Assembly: GCA_010909165.1 (NCBI GenBank)
Contig: MU008168.1
Location: 620,001 to 684,000, forward strand
Reading direction: 5' to 3'
Source of the DNA: Anthoceros angustus
Lineage: Eukaryota; Plantae; Anthocerotophyta
DNA length: 64,000 bases
Part shown: piece after piece, positions 39,200 through 53,150 of the stretch
How positions within the stretch are numbered: position 1 is the stretch's first letter
Layout of the letters: each line of letters opens with the position of its first letter
Position numbers and translations under genes: made by a program
The notes under the pieces: model-generated
Seen by the model: only the letters and a program-made list of their open reading frames with translations
Told to the model about the DNA's origin: nothing
Database searches by the model: none

Positions 39200-42100
39200 A
39201 TTCCGCCAATGCTTTCACCCGCCTCGAGGGTGTTACCTACTTGATTGTGTGTGTTACCCTAGGGGCCGCCGGGCCTCGCAAATATGTGTTCTTCCCCGAT
39301 GGTATCTCGTTGCTCTAGAGGTGGGAATTTAGGTCATAGGGAGGTTATCTTTCAGCTCAGTCGTTTATGGGTCGGAGATTGGCAGGTTCTTCAAGAAGAG
39401 GGTGGCTATGCTGCTCGATCGAGGTTGGAATTAGCTAAGCTTGATCAAGTTTGTCAAGACCTCGTGAAGGCGTGTCTCAAAAGGTGCCTTCTGCTTGGTC
39501 GCGCGGCGAGTATGTTAGGGCTGCCCGGACCCTTCGGCCGAATCCGGTCAGTCGTTCGAGGAGACTATTGCTGCTCTTTAGGCCCTTCACCCGACTCCAG
39601 ATGTCCCCATCCCACCAGATATCTTGGAGTTTGTGGCTGAGGAGCCTTTCTTTCTGGACAAGGTGGTTCTTGATCGCGCGCTCTAACTTCGGCTCTCTTC
39701 TAGGGGTCATTCTGGAACTGTCTATGATCACCTCCATGACTACTTCTCTTCTAAAGATAATTCTATTGGTTTTCGAAGCTCTTTATCCTGGCGGCGGCTG
39801 TGACGCGGGGGGAGCCCCTATTGGATTTCACGGGTGTTGGGGGCTAGCAGGCTTTTGGCTATGGAGAAGCCCACACCGGGGGTGCGCACTATTACCATGG
39901 GAGAGGCGTTTCTACGACTTATTAGCCGCAGCATTGCCCTCCAGCTCATGGAGCAATTCCGGGCTCATCTTAGCCCCCATCAATTTGGCATCGGCACCCC
40001 GGGGGGCTGCCAGACGGTGAGTTTCGGAGTCGAGCGGTTCTCCAGCTTCATCCGGATTGGGTTGCCCTTCAGGTCAATGTTGAGAACGCTTTCAACATTG
40101 TATCCAAGGCGACCATCTTCCAAGAGCTTAAAGATGCGGGCGGGCAACTAGCAAGTCTTATTCCTTTTGTTCGCTCTTTCTATGGTTCTCCGTCTAAGCT
40201 ATATTACCAGCACGGCCTCTCAGTGGAGGAGGTCTCCGTGCTTGAGTTCACAATGAGAACCAGGCAGGGGATCCCTTGAGGGGAGCTCTCTTTGCTTTGG
40301 CGCATTTCAGAGCCCTATGAATAACTGCCTCCTCGGTGTGAAAGTGCCTCTTTCCGTTGGTGGCCGACGACACCCACATCCTTGGGCCGGTGGACCAAGT
40401 CAAAGATGCTTTCGACCTCTTCTCCTTGAAGCTCTCACGCCTTGGCCTGAAGGTCAAAATCTTGAAGTGCAAGGTTTGCTCCCTGTTTGGTATTCCGCTC
40501 CCTCTTCATTATCCACATTGATTCTCCACAGGGGCTACAGGTCCTTGGAGTCTCGGTCGGCCCCCCGGGCTTTATACATGGATGCTTCTTTGAAAGAGGA
40601 TCTTGCGCATATCGATGACCTCTCTAGGTTGGGCGACCCGCAACTAGCCTTCAGCATCCTCTATTCCTGCTTCGCACGCCGCCTTGGGTGCCTCAATCCC
40701 ACTATCCTCCTCCCGCCTCCCACCCCTTCTTCCCATCCAGTTTTTCTTTCTCAACTTAGAGATTTCGACGAGCAGGTTATGCAGTCTCTAGGAGACATTA
40801 TTGGCCCAGGTTCCTTCAAATGTGCAGCCGGGGACCTGGCACGGCGAAAGGCATCCTTCAATGTCGCTTTTGGTGGCGCAAGTCTTTGGGCCATAAAGGC
40901 CTCGGTGCTAGGGCTTTTATAGGAAGCTGATTTTCGGCCCTGATTTTGGCCTCTCGTTTCCTTATCCGAGATAGCAGCATTTTGGAGAATTTCGTCACAA
41001 GAGTTGAGGAGGGGTGCTTCCCCCTCCAAGTGTCCCTAAGGTCGGCTAGGGACCTCCTAACCCCTCTGGTCAGGGAGGCCATGCCTTCTTTTTCTTCGTT
41101 TCTTGTAGACAAGCTTCGAGGGTTGCAAGCTTCTCTCCAGGAGAAGAATTATGGGCAGGTGCTGTAGGGTCTTCTTCTGGATTCATCTATTCCTCGTCCC
41201 GCTAGTGCTCGCCTTCGCTCTTGCTCAAGGAAGGTTGCAGGTTCCTGGCTTCTGGCCTGCCCTTGCATCCAGACGTTCTGAATTGCACCAGCTTCTTTTT
41301 CTACCTCGATAGGGTTTCACTTAGGTATGGTCCAACCACTAGCTGGTTCTCTTCCGGCCTGCTGCTAAGGGGCCTCCATCGACAACCTTGGGGCCCACTT
41401 AGCGCGTTGTCCAATGGGTGCACAGCGTATTACTACACATGACGCTGTCCGAGACATCATGTTCTCGATGGCCAAGGAGAGCGGTTTCTTCCCTTTCAAG
41501 GAGCGGCAATATATTCTGCTCAATGGCGTCTATCGGTGACCTTTTCTTGTGCGAGGCGAGGTCTCGATTCTGGCGTGGTTGTCACTAACCCAATCAGAGA
41601 TTTTGTTAGCGACCATGTCATCATCAACCCTCCAGGTTGGGCGGCAGAAGGGAGCGCAACTAAGAAAATTTATAAGTACAGGCCCATGCAGCAAGGTCAC
41701 ATTTTCATCCCCCTTACCATTGAAACCCATAGGGCCTTGGGTAAGGTTTTTTCTCGTTTCATCAAGGAGTGCGCAAGGGCCTACCACAACGACAGGGGCG
41801 AGGTTGGCCTCCCCCTTTCCAATGTCATGGCACGTCCCGAGCACTCATGATCGTCCTAATGATGGCGCTGGCCAACGCCCTTTGCAGGGCGATAGAAACC
41901 CGTTGCTTGAAATATGGTTAGCAAGAAGACACACAAAGGTCTGCAAGAACGCGGCATCAACACCAAGAGAAAGATGATTTATTCAGGGCAGCCCCAGCCC
42001 TCTTATACTACGCCCAGGTCGGCGTCTTTATTACACCCCCCTATTCTGAGCTGATGGCCAGCTCAGTATGCCCTAATCGGCCGCCTTGGCGGCACCAGTG

Positions 42101-42269
42101 GTAAGTAGGCCCTTCCCTATCTCGGACGACGACATCTTGGGGGGGGTTGGAGGTTATAGAGTAGATTATATTAGTGCGCGGACATGCCCCCCTAGCCTGG
42201 TGCCCCATCGTGGGTTGTCCCCTTTCGCCACGGGGTAGATGGGATTTCCCATCTCGTTCTGTTTATAAA
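39200..42269 (+). mobile_element. Decayed CRE-clade non-LTR retrotransposon (RT + CCHC + restriction-like endonuclease)
   Basis: LGASRLLAMEK..VRTITMGEAFLRL..LSPHQFGIGTPGG, NAFN, RQGDPL, VADDTHILG; HLARCPMGAQRITTHDAVRD; KIYKY..GHIFIPLTIETHRALG; many frameshifts and stops; structured 3' tail. 5' border approximate. Confidence 0.85.
41823..42046 (-). mobile_element. 3' LTR plus polypurine tract nested antisense in the LINE
   Basis: Minus strand GAATAGGGGGG immediately followed by TGTAAT ... CCATGACA (213 bp, 42035-41823) containing TATAAG and AATAAA. Confidence 0.6.
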
Positions 42270-42490
42270 GTCTCCACGTCCTTCTTGATTTGTTCTACAT
42301 TTTGTCACCTATGGTTGTATAGGTACCTATAAAAACAAATACCTACCTAGTACGAAAAATAGTTATAATCAACCCTTACAAACATTATATTTCCGTAGAT
42401 TAAAAATTAAATATAAAATATGATATATTCTAATTCTGAATTTGAATCCCAAAATGCTTGCACTCTTTTGGTGGTTTTTTTCAATTAAAT

Positions 42491-42525
42491 CTCAACTCAA
42501 CTCAACTCAACTCAACTCAACTCAA
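42491..42525. repeat. (CTCAA)7 microsatellite
   Basis: Read directly from the sequence. Confidence 0.95.
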
Positions 42526-45248
42526 TGAAGGTCATGCACATCTTAAAACTGGCGCACCCCAAAATGACGGGATCGATCCAGTTTGACTTTTCTTCTAAGG
42601 GGGCCAAGTGTGTTAGGACTCCACACTAGCTTTTCTAGTAAGCTAAGTTAGCTAAAAGAAATAGAGGAAAAGAGCCAAAATAAGAGTGATGGAGATGAGT
42701 TGATGTGCAGCATAATCCCGGTTCCGATAAATATCCATGCTAATAGGAAGCAGTATTCTATTATTGTAACTCATCCTCAACAACTTGAATCCAAGCAAGT
42801 TACATCCTTAGAACATATTGTGTGCCAAAAAAAATGATATCTTTTATCACACGGCATGGCGTAATCGTTCACGCCCGAACACACAGGTCTTAGCCACTGA
42901 TAGAACCCAGAAGGCCAAATTAGGGGTCCATCCGTTTTTTTGTCCAAATTATTAGCGAGAAGTCATCCACCCACCATAAGCCTCATTCTACCCCTTGATT
43001 CATCAACTCATGAATCATACCCCTTATTCATTTCCCAAATTCATGTACTCATGATGTTGAATTGGTCATAATTCCATGATTGTAAACGATTTTCCATGAA
43101 AGTTCTATTCACCCGCCAGGGTACCCTATGAACCCAAATTCGAATTTGTGGTTGATCTTGGTTAGGAGATAGCTATAGATTTTAGGACTTCTATTGTAGC
43201 ACCGAAGGCTAGTACATCCGAATACAAGTTTTTCTTTGTGGTCAAGGTCTGCGGGGGTGTGAAGATATTGTGCCGAAGTTTGCAGATCCCAAATACTTGT
43301 ATATTGTGAGAATTGCAAGAAGATTCCCTTTCCCCGGCTGATATGTGAAGGCATGGAAATAGGCATTTTTTTTATAGGATACTTTATGGATGCCAGAAAA
43401 AATGAAAGGGTCATAATCACTTGTTCTGAAAGATGCTGATTTGATGGTGATTATCATGTATGTTATTAAATTATAATTATGTTAATTAGGGAGAAAATTC
43501 CTCAATCAATGATCTGAGGCATGTTCAATGCGTTCAACCCTAAGACAACTTATCTTAGTTCACAAAAATGTTTCCGCATCTGCAGACGCTAGTAAAATAG
43601 AATGAGAGATGATAGCATCATTACAAGGATCATGAATAATTATCACCACTTGCATTAAGAATGTCCATCTTTGGACCTCCATTAGTGATCCCTTGGAGCT
43701 GGGCATGGTTTAATCGAGCGCATTTTGGACATGGCGATCTCTAACACATAAGAATTGTATAGCATGTCTCTTCCAAGAGGGATATCAAAGGCTCTAATAG
43801 CTATCAATGATATGGACCTGAAGCTATGTATAGCAAGGACTCTGTCACGTACAACATGTAGTAACACTGCTAGTGTCTTACGCGAATGTGTTCCTACGTG
43901 CATCATCCGATGGTCCCAAGCAGTTTCGTCGCCTTTACTCGGCCACTGTTCCGCTGCAAGAAACCCTAGCTCACGACAAAGTCTATCTAACCCTAGCTCT
44001 CAAGCCTCTTGAGGTATACTTTCACCATTTGTGTGAGATTTATGATGTCTTAGATGGACGGAAGACTACACATAGAACTGGAACTGGATATTAAAAGTAC
44101 CTTGATGGTGCTTATTTTTACAACAACATCACAATTTCAGAATGTTCTAAAACTAGACTTTGCAGGGCAATGTCCAAAGGGTGGAACTTAATATGCCATG
44201 CGAGTTATGTTTTGGTGAAATGAAGAGGAGTTTCGCAAATTCTCAACAAGCAAGAAAACAAATGTTATTTTTTTAGGATGTGTTTTGGTTTGTACTAGAG
44301 AAGTTACATAGTAAAGCGTTCTTAAGATGTAACAAGTTTGGTGTCTTCACAAGAAGGACCCATTAGTTATGATGTAGTTACTTGCAGTGGGTTGACTACG
44401 TTCTAGCTCGAGCTGTATTACCATCGGATATGCAGTCCATGTCACTTGATCTTTGTAAAACACTTCAATGTTATCTTCCATAGTATTCTTTGCTCCCTTA
44501 CTGTAGAGTTGTTATGCTGGCACACGCTTTGTAAAGACATGCATATGTGACATAATCAACTAGAGTGATAGGCCTTTCGCTTTGTAGCATGGACTTCTAA
44601 AGCCTGCCCTTCTTGTGCACTCCGACAATTAGCAGTCGGTGGCAGCGGAGTCAAAGTATGTGAACGGGGAGAATGGGAGCTCTAGAAGGGACGAGGTGTG
44701 GTACTATGCAACCCGTAGACACCTTGATTGCGGTTTCGCCAGCAATGTTTGTGAACCAATCAAATGATGGATTTTACGCTACCTTAGTCATGTTAACATC
44801 ATAAAGAATGTAAACTCTATATGATTGGTTCTTTACTTTACTTTAAATTTTACATGCTATGGATTTCTTTGCCCTGCAACCTAACACAGCTAAGAGAACG
44901 ATTTACGAGTGTAATTCAGTTTTACAGATTTACACATTGTGATCACATGGCGCTCGTGCTCATGCAACGTACAACTAAGTGCTAAGATTTACTTGAAGGC
45001 TCAATAGCTCTATTGGATAGTACCAAATTGCATAAATACATTGCTTGGAGAACATACTTTAAGAACAAATGTATTTAGAACACACAAATTCAAATACGAA
45101 GCCCATATGTAGTCCTAGGCTTCCATTGGCAGGCCTATTAGCTGTGGGTTTCTGCTGCAATTGCTTGGACATGATTAAGGCTTCATCAAACCTTGGTGGC
45201 TTTTCAACAAAAACCTAATTTGTCCATTTGCTATGATCAGAAGCTCAT

Positions 45249-45607
45249 GAGTCTAGCAAGTGCGGGCAACACTTAAGTGCTTCACTTAAAACTGTTAAAG
45301 AGAGAAAAACCTCACGAGTCTAGCAAGTGCGAGCAACACTTAAATGCTTCACTTAAAACTGTTCGAGAGAGAGTAGAGTAATCAGTGCTGTCTTAGAAAT
45401 GCTTCACTTGCAATTGTTCGAGAGAGAGTAAAAAGTGCTGCCTTAGAAATGCTTCACTTACAATTGTTCGAGAGAGAGCAAAAAGTACTACGTTAGAAAT
45501 ACTATCCAGAAAACTCTTAGAGAGACTAAAAGGTGCTGCCTTAGAAATGCTTGTGTTAGGGAGAGTTAGAAAAGCTTGTGCGAGGGAGAGTAAAAAGTGC
45601 TGCCTTA
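45249..45607. repeat. Degenerate ~50-67-bp tandem repeat array
   Basis: Recurrent TGCTTCACTT..ACTGTTCGAGAGAGAG and AAGTGCTGCCTTAGAAATGC units. Confidence 0.8.
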
Positions 45608-45898
45608 TTACACTAAAGAGAAGATCCTCCTATCTCTCTTCCGAGGTTGACGGGTATGTAGTGTAAACTTTATTTTTCAGTAGGTACCCATTACCAAACT
45701 AGGTGTGAATTTTCTACATACAAGATAACAAGCTAGAACCATACAGCCCAGCCCGCGAAGTGAAGGGCAGGCCCCGGGGCCCGCCGCGACCCCACGGACA
45801 TTACAGGTAAGGTAAGGCGTCCGTGCGGGGAGGCGGGTGCCGAGCCTTGGTTGGTTGGTTGGTTAAAAGAAGTAGTTTAAGTATGTATGTATTTGTGA

Positions 45899-47210
45899 TC
45901 ATCTGGAGGACTTGGTGGCAGCACGGGTGGCTTCCTCGCGGGAGGAGGGGAAGAGCTCGACGTAGCGGGAACCGAGCGTCATCTTGTCCTTGCGCATGGC
46001 GGCCTTGGAGTCGGAGGGGCCTGCGAACTCGACATAAGCCTCGCCGGTGGCGCGGCCGTCGCCGTGCACCACAATGTGCACATTTTCGTTGGCCAGATTG
46101 AAGTCGCGGAAGAAGTCGATGATGTCGCGCTTGGAGGCGGAGAAGGGCAGGCCCCGCAGCTTGAGCACGCCCGTGTGCTCCAGATGGTCCTTGTCGGAGC
46201 CGGGCTTGGAGTGGGGCGGCATGAGGAAGTCGTCGTCCTCCTTGGGCTCCGCCACCTCCGCCGCCACCGCCATGTAGTAGTCCTGCTTCTTGCTGCGGAA
46301 CACCTCGATGTAGCGGCGGCCCATGTTCTGGCGGTTCTTCTGCAGCGCGAAGTCCACCTGCATGGGGGCGCCGAACACCACATAGGCCTCGCCGCTGAAG
46401 CGGCCCGCCTTGCGCACCAGCAGCACGTCCACCACGTCCAGCCCCGCGAAAAACTCGAACACATCGCTCTCGATGCAGTTGAAGGGCAGCCCCCGCAGGC
46501 GCACCACCGGGAACGGCCGCGGGTGTCCCAGCAGCACCGACGCGATGCTCGGCCCGCCGTAGCCCGCCACCGACGCCGCCGCCGCGGCGCTCATGGGCAG
46601 GTACGGGCCCGTGTGATCCAGCAGCCGCTGCCGCTTACTCCCAACCACCTCGTATCCTTCTCCACCTCCCCCGCTTCCCAACAGATTCCTTCACAATCCC
46701 ATCCCAGTCCCACCCCGTCAATCCTGTCCTGCGGCAATCCACATGGTTACAACTTGAAGCTAGCTCACCAATTGCAACCTCTCCTACTACTCTCCACACA
46801 CTAATACGACTGCACCAACGGACAACGTTACTGTACATCACCAAACTGTAGTAGTAGTAGCACAAGTTACATATTGCAATCACCATGTCATGACCTCGGA
46901 ATCTGGATTCGACAATATCAACAATTACGTCCCTAGCCCTTATGCATTCACGACTACTACACGACCACCACCGACGCATCCCTATTAGTAACAATCCTCT
47001 AACTCCTAATCCTATCAAAGCACCAATTCAGTAGCAGAAGCGGAAGCAGCAGCAGAGCCTGACCACTACCGCATCCATACTACAAGAAGAAGAAGCAGCA
47101 GCAGCAGCAGCCTTGCAATGGAATGTAGCAGCCTAGCTAGCTAGCTAGCCAGGATCCGCCGACCTCTCCCCTGACCTAATTTTGCTCAAGCCTTACCCTC
47201 TGGAGAACAT
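45899..47210 (-). CDS. hnRNP F/H / ESRP-like protein with two quasi-RRMs; micro-exon 47210-47197, main exon 46688-45899
   Basis: MFSRG|GTAAGG..AG|NLLGSGG..GYEVVGSKRQR; VVRLRGLPF..GRRYIEVF and VLKLRGLPF..GSRYVELF. Confidence 0.93.
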
Positions 47211-48497
47211 ACTGGCGATGCCCCCTCTAGGCCTGCCTGTCTTTCCCTCCCACCACAACGGGATTTCCGTATGAAATTGTATGCACCCGGTCCCGGCCCG
47301 ACTCTCTCCTAGGCCTAGGCCTAATCGATCCCCCGGGGCCGCCTCCACCTCCTCTCCGGATCGATGATAATCCCGGGGAACGCCGATTGCATGCAAGCTC
47401 AAGCTCCAGAAGCAGCTACATCCTCCGGTCCGGGATCGCGCCGCTCCTCCAAGAACCGCTACCGCTGCGCCATGAGACTCTCATCAGCCTGGATCTTTCC
47501 TCCGCACCTCCGCCTGCCCCTGCTCCTGCTCCTGCTCCCGCCTTCCTCATTGCCGCGCCGCTGCCTCAGCCTCCGGGAAGTCCAACATCAGCCCCGTGCT
47601 GTCGCACGTCTCCATTTCCCTTCTCCGAAGAATCAAGAAAGTGCAGCCGGGATTGCATCAAGCATTGGGGACCGGCGGGGGCGCCGGGGGGACGGCAGTG
47701 CAACGGGCAAGAAGATGAGAGAGACTGGGAGCTGGCGCTGTGGCATAGCCAGCCTCCCGCACGCGTTTCCGTCTCGAGCAACTGCGGCTGTTCCGATGCG
47801 GGCGCGCTGCAGGCTGCAGCCGCGCGTGTGTCAGAGCGAGGGCGATGCGAGACGTATCCAGCAGCCGCAGCGGCAGCGGGCGAGCGGGGCGAGGCAAAGA
47901 TTGGAGGAGCGCTGCAGCGTTGCGAGGAGTAGAGGAGCCGGGAGAGGAGTCGACCAGGTAGTTGGAGAAGGCGGGTACCGCCCTGGAGTTCGGTACAGGC
48001 GCCTGCGCGCAACCAACTGCCTGGATGAACCTCCTCTCACCGTGCCTGGAACGCGGACCCGCGGACAGTTAAGTCGAGTTCGATTTCACTTGGCTGGATG
48101 GTATGGCACGCAGACTACGGTCGAGTGGTCCCAGGGTCGAATCCCGTTCCGCCCTCATGCTGAACGTGCCAACTTCCTCGTTCCCCCCCGCCTGCAGGGT
48201 CTATCGTAGTGCTTTGACTAGAGTAGAAGGTGAGCGGCATCACGGGTGAACCACCACTCGAGATAAGAGAGAAAAGAGGGACATGCTCGCGGCTGCCTGG
48301 ATGCCTCGATCAGGACGTTGTGGCTTATTCCTTTCATTACAGACAGACGAGACACTCACTTTCCTGTCATGCCTCTGGCGGCATCAATTTCCAAACCAAA
48401 CCGCCTCTCGCGAACGCCATTCCAGCTACTACCGGCAGCTGCGCGTGAGTGACGTGAGTGATCGGCACGAGATTCCGGAGCTGGAGGCGCGAGCACC

Positions 48498-51400
48498 ATG
48501 ACTTCGAGCACTCTTCGCCTCTGCTTCACGACGCCGAGCAGCTGCAGAAGCGAATGCTCCTCGTCCACCGGCATGCTCTGCTCCAGAGCCAGGTTGCCAT
48601 TTCCTGGAGCTAAAGTGGGTACGGGCGTAGCCGCTGGCTGGGGAAAAACTTTCGCTTTGGTAAAATTGCGAAGGATACGACCGGGCCCGGGGATTGAGCG
48701 CAGGGCCTGTAGAGGCCAAGCGAGGGCAAATGCGTCGGAGCCCGCAACTTCCAGAAAAGTGGAGGTGAGGGAACGTTGTGGTGTGGTGTGGTGATGTGTG
48801 GTCACATTTCGTTGTTGGTAGCTGAGCTGAGCAGAGCTCAGAATTTTGTGCGTAGTATACATTCTCTTGTTGGCAGCTGAGCTGAGCTGAGCTCAGAAAT
48901 TTTGTGTGTAGTGCAGTTTACGGTGGATGCACAGGGACGGTTTGATCAGCTCGTAGAGGAGCTTGGGGGTTCGGGAACCAGGACAATAAATCAACTCACG
49001 CTCTTCTCTCCTCCAAGGTCGGTTGTTGCAGGTTTTGGGTTTCCCAAGGGTAAGTGGGTTCTGGTAGACCGGTTCTGAAGCCCTCAGGCGGTCTTTGTTG
49101 CAGATCAACGTCTTCTTGAGGGTAACACAGAAGAGGCCTGATGGGTACCATGATCTCGCGTCCTTGTTCCACGTAGGTGTCTTCTGCCGTTTCCTGTTCC
49201 GGACTAGCAGAATGTTGCACCTGAAGAGAGAGGTCTTACAGAGGCGGTTTGTTCATTCGTGGACAGGTGATTAGCTTGGGCGACATCATCAAATTTTCGA
49301 TTTCTCCTTCCACCACCAAGGATTCCCTGACAACCAACGCCTTCGGGGTTCCACTGGATGAGAAGAATCTGGTCAGTTGTCTTTGCACTTGCTCCATTAG
49401 GACCTCAGCCTACCCACACTTTCGTCCTTTAACCCTTGTTTTCGATGTAGGTCATCAAGGCTTTCAATCTGTACCGGAAGAAGACTGGCTCGAACAAGTT
49501 CTTTTGGGTATGGGGTTTTGGTGGTCAACTTTGTGGATTCACGGGGAAGCGACATGTCTGGATTCCTTGGGTGATGCTCCTTCTGTATTGCAGACCCATT
49601 TGGACAAAAGGGTGCCCACAGGTGCAGGGCTTGGGGGTGGCAGTGGAAATGCTGCAACAGCATTGTGGGCAGCGAACCAGCTGAACGGAAACATTGTTTC
49701 TGAGAAAGAGCTTCAAGAATGGTCCGGGGAGATCGGATCAGATGTCCCCTTCTTCTTTTCTAAAGGCGCAGCGTACTGCACCAGTCGAGGGGAGGTGAGG
49801 CTCCCTTATTCTGGTCTTTGCTGATTGTAAGCAGAAGGTATCTGAAATAATCTGTGTATGTTGCACAGGTGGTAACGGACATCCCCCCACCCATATCTTT
49901 GGATACGCCCATGGTTTTGATAAAACCCAAGGAGGAGTGTGCTACTGCGGAGGTCTATAAGGTCAGCTCCACCCTATCCTTCACTCGTCGTATGATAAAA
50001 GTCCCAGGAAGGTATTTCCTAAAGCTGACCACCAATTTCTGCAGAAATTCACGTTAGAGAGAGCAAGTTCGGTCGACCCTGAGGACTTACTAAAGGACAT
50101 TGCAAAAAATGGCATATCCCAGAGGGTATGCATAAACGATCTTAGTTAGCACCATTCCCCTTTCTCCTGTCATTCCATGTATGATCAGTGCAAGCCTGAA
50201 CTTGACCGCCTCTGTACTTCACAGAACCCCTGCGTTCGAGGTACTGCCATCTCTGAAACTCTTGAAAGACCGTATCTCTGCAGCCAGTCGGGGCCGGTAC
50301 AAGGCTATCTTCATGTCTGGAAGGTAAGCTGAAACGCTCGCCAAACAGTTTGGTGAGAAGATGGACGGGCAAGTTGTTTTACAAGCATTTGCTATGGCAT
50401 GCAGTGGCAGCACCATTGTTGGCGTCAGGGATCCTGAAGCTCCTCAGTTTCTGTATGACGAGGATCAGTACAGCGAAGTATTTATATCAGGTTTTTACTA
50501 AACGGCTTTCTCCCGATATTTGTCTCGCACTTTGCTGCTTTCTCAGTTGTAATAGCCGCTGGCTGGGGAAAACTTTCGCTTTGGTGGTGCGAAGGATACG
50601 ACCGGGCCGGGGATTGAGCGCAGGGCCTGTAGAGGCCAAGCGAGGGCAAATGCGTCGGAGCCCGCAACTTCCAGAAAAGTGGAGGTGAGGGAACGTTGTG
50701 GTGTGGTGTGGTGATGTGTGGTCACATTTCGTTGTTGGTAGCTGAGCTGAGCAGAGCTCAGAATTTTGTGCGTAGTATACATTCTCTTGTTGCTGAGCTG
50801 AGCTGAGCTCAGAAATTTTGTGTGTAGTGCAGTTTACGGTGGATGCACAGGGACGGTTTGATCAGCTCGTAGAGGAGCTTGGGGGTTCGGGAACCAGGAC
50901 AATAAATCAACTCACGCTCTTCTCTCCCTCCAAGGTCGGTTGTTTGCGGGTTTTGGGTTTCCCAAGGGTAAGTGGGTTCTGGTAGACCGGTTCTGAAGCC
51001 CTCGGGCGGTCTTTGTTGCAGATCAACGTCTTCTTGAGGGTAACACAGAAGAGGCCTGATGGGTACCATGATCTCGCGTCCTTGTTCCACGTAGGTGTCT
51101 TCTGCCGTTTCCTGTTCCGGACTAGCAGAATGTTGCACCTGAAGAGAGAGGTCTTACAGAGGCGGTTTGTTCATTCGTGGACAGGTGATTAGCTTGGGCG
51201 ACATCATCAAATTTTCGATTTCTCCTTCCACCACCAAGGATTCCCTGACAACCAACGCCTTCGGGGTTCCACTGGATGAGAAGAATCTGGTCAGTTGTCT
51301 TTGCACTTGCTCCATTAGGACCTCAGCCTACCCACACTTTCGTCCTTTAACCCTTGTTTTCGATGTAGGTCATCAAGGCTTTCAATCTGTACCGGAAGAA

Positions 51401-52588
51401 GACTGGCTCGAACAAGTTCTTTTGGGTATGGGGTTTTGGTGGTCAACTTTGTGGATTCACGGGGAAGCGACATGTCTGGATTCCTTGGGTGATGCTCCTT
51501 CTGTATTGCAGACCCATTTGGACAAAAGGGTGCACAGGTGCAGGGCTTGGGGGTGGCAGTGGAAATGCTGCAACAGCATTGTGGGCAGCGAACCAGCTGA
51601 ACGGAAACATTGTTTCTGAGAAAGAGCTTCAAGAATGGTCCGGGGAGATCGGATCAGATGTCCCTTCTTCTTTTCTAAAGGCGCAGCGTACTGCACCAGT
51701 CGAGGGGAGGTGAGGCTCCTTATTCTGGTCTTTGCTGATTGTAAGCAGAAGGTATCTGAAATAATCTGTGTATGTTGCACAGGTGGTAACGGACATCCCC
51801 CCACCCATATCTTTGGATACGCCCATGGTTTTGATAAAACCCAAGGAGGAGTGTGCTACTGCGGAGGTCTATAAGGTCAGCTCCACCCTATCCTTCACTC
51901 GTCGTATGATAAAAGTCCCAGGAAGGTATTTCCTAAAGCTGACCACCAATTTCTGCAGAAATTCACGTTAGAGAGAGCAAGTTCGGTCGACCCTGAGGAC
52001 TTACTAAAGGACATTGCAAAAAATGGCATATCCCAGAGGGTATGCATAAACGATCTTGGTTAGCACCATTCCCCCTTTCTCCTGTCATTCCATGTATGAT
52101 CAGTGCAAGCCTGAACTTGACCGCCTCTGTACTTCACAGAACCCCCTGCGTTCGAGGTACTGCCATCTCTGAAACTCTTGAAAGACCGTATCTCTGCAGC
52201 CAGTCGGGGCCGGTACAAGGCTATCTTCATGTCTGGAAGGTAAGCTGAAACGCTCGCCAAACAGTTTGGTGAGAAGATGGACGGGCAAGTTGTTTTACAA
52301 GCATTTGCTATGGCATGCAGTGGCAGCACCATTGTTGGCGTCGGGGATCCCGAAGCTCCTCAGTTTCTGTATGACGAGGATCAGTACAGCGAAGTATTTA
52401 TATCAGGTTTTTACTAAACGGCTTTCTCCCGATATTTGTCTCGCACTTTGCTGCTTTCTCGGTTGTAATAGCCGCGCTGCGTCTGTGCAGATGCGTACTT
52501 CCTCACGCGGAACGAAAATGAATGGTACCAGCAACCCATTTCCGACCAACAGGCCACCCTAAACCCCATATCTGGACAAAAACATTGA
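48498..52588 (+). CDS. ISPE: 4-diphosphocytidyl-2-C-methyl-D-erythritol kinase, plastid-targeted; internal ~1.9-kb tandem duplication (48629-50553 / 50554-52473)
   Basis: Ser/Arg-rich transit peptide; LFSPSK|INVFLRV..DGYHDLASLFH; GHMP P-loop VPTGAGLGGGSGNAA; GSDVPFF; NDL|EPPAF; MSGSGSTIVG; last exon 52491-52588. Confidence 0.95.
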
Positions 52589-53039
52589 CGAGGTCTCCGT
52601 CCAACTCATAGGTGGGTTTCTATCATAGTTAAAAAGGCACCCCACGTACTCCCAATTCTGGAGCTCAGTTCGGCCAGTCCGTTCAGTTCCAGGCCAGGGC
52701 ACTTCGGGAACTCAATTCGCTCAGTTCCAGGCCAGGCCAGTTCGGGAGCTCAGTGAGGTCACTTCGTTCAGTATCGGACCAGCATCGAAGTGGGCTAAGA
52801 CGTGATACACGGTGGTAATCAGTTTGTGAACGATGCATTGACGATGATTGGCAGTCAGTTGGGTTTCTCCAAGTGCGGTCGAATTGAACCGCTACGAATT
52901 ATCCATAGTTTGGATGAACGGAGGTTATGAAAATTATTTAATATATTATTTATCCATTATTTATATTTATTAATATAATATTTTAGACCAGTTCAGGTGA
53001 ATTTTCGAACTGGATTATCCTTCCGAAAGTGTCCATTTG

Positions 53040-53150
53040 GGCACATCGTTTCATGGTTTCATGAACTAAACTATGGCACACCGTTTCATGGTTTGATGAA
53101 TTAAACTATTGAAACACCGTTTGATGAATTAGACTTATGAAACACAAGAA
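53040..53150. repeat. ~35-bp tandem repeat x3
   Basis: GGCACA(T/C)CGTTTCATGGTTT(C/G)ATGAA(C/T)TAAACTAT units. Confidence 0.75.

Noticed and set aside
42540-44800. Short ORFs in AT-rich intergenic DNA
   Set aside because: No recognisable motif; probably old repeat debris.
47364-48209. 281-aa plus-strand ORF and a tRNA-like A/B-box at ~48090-48150
   Set aside because: GC-rich divergent promoter/UTR between the hnRNP and IspE genes; low complexity; cloverleaf stems do not pair and the B-box is GGGTCGA.
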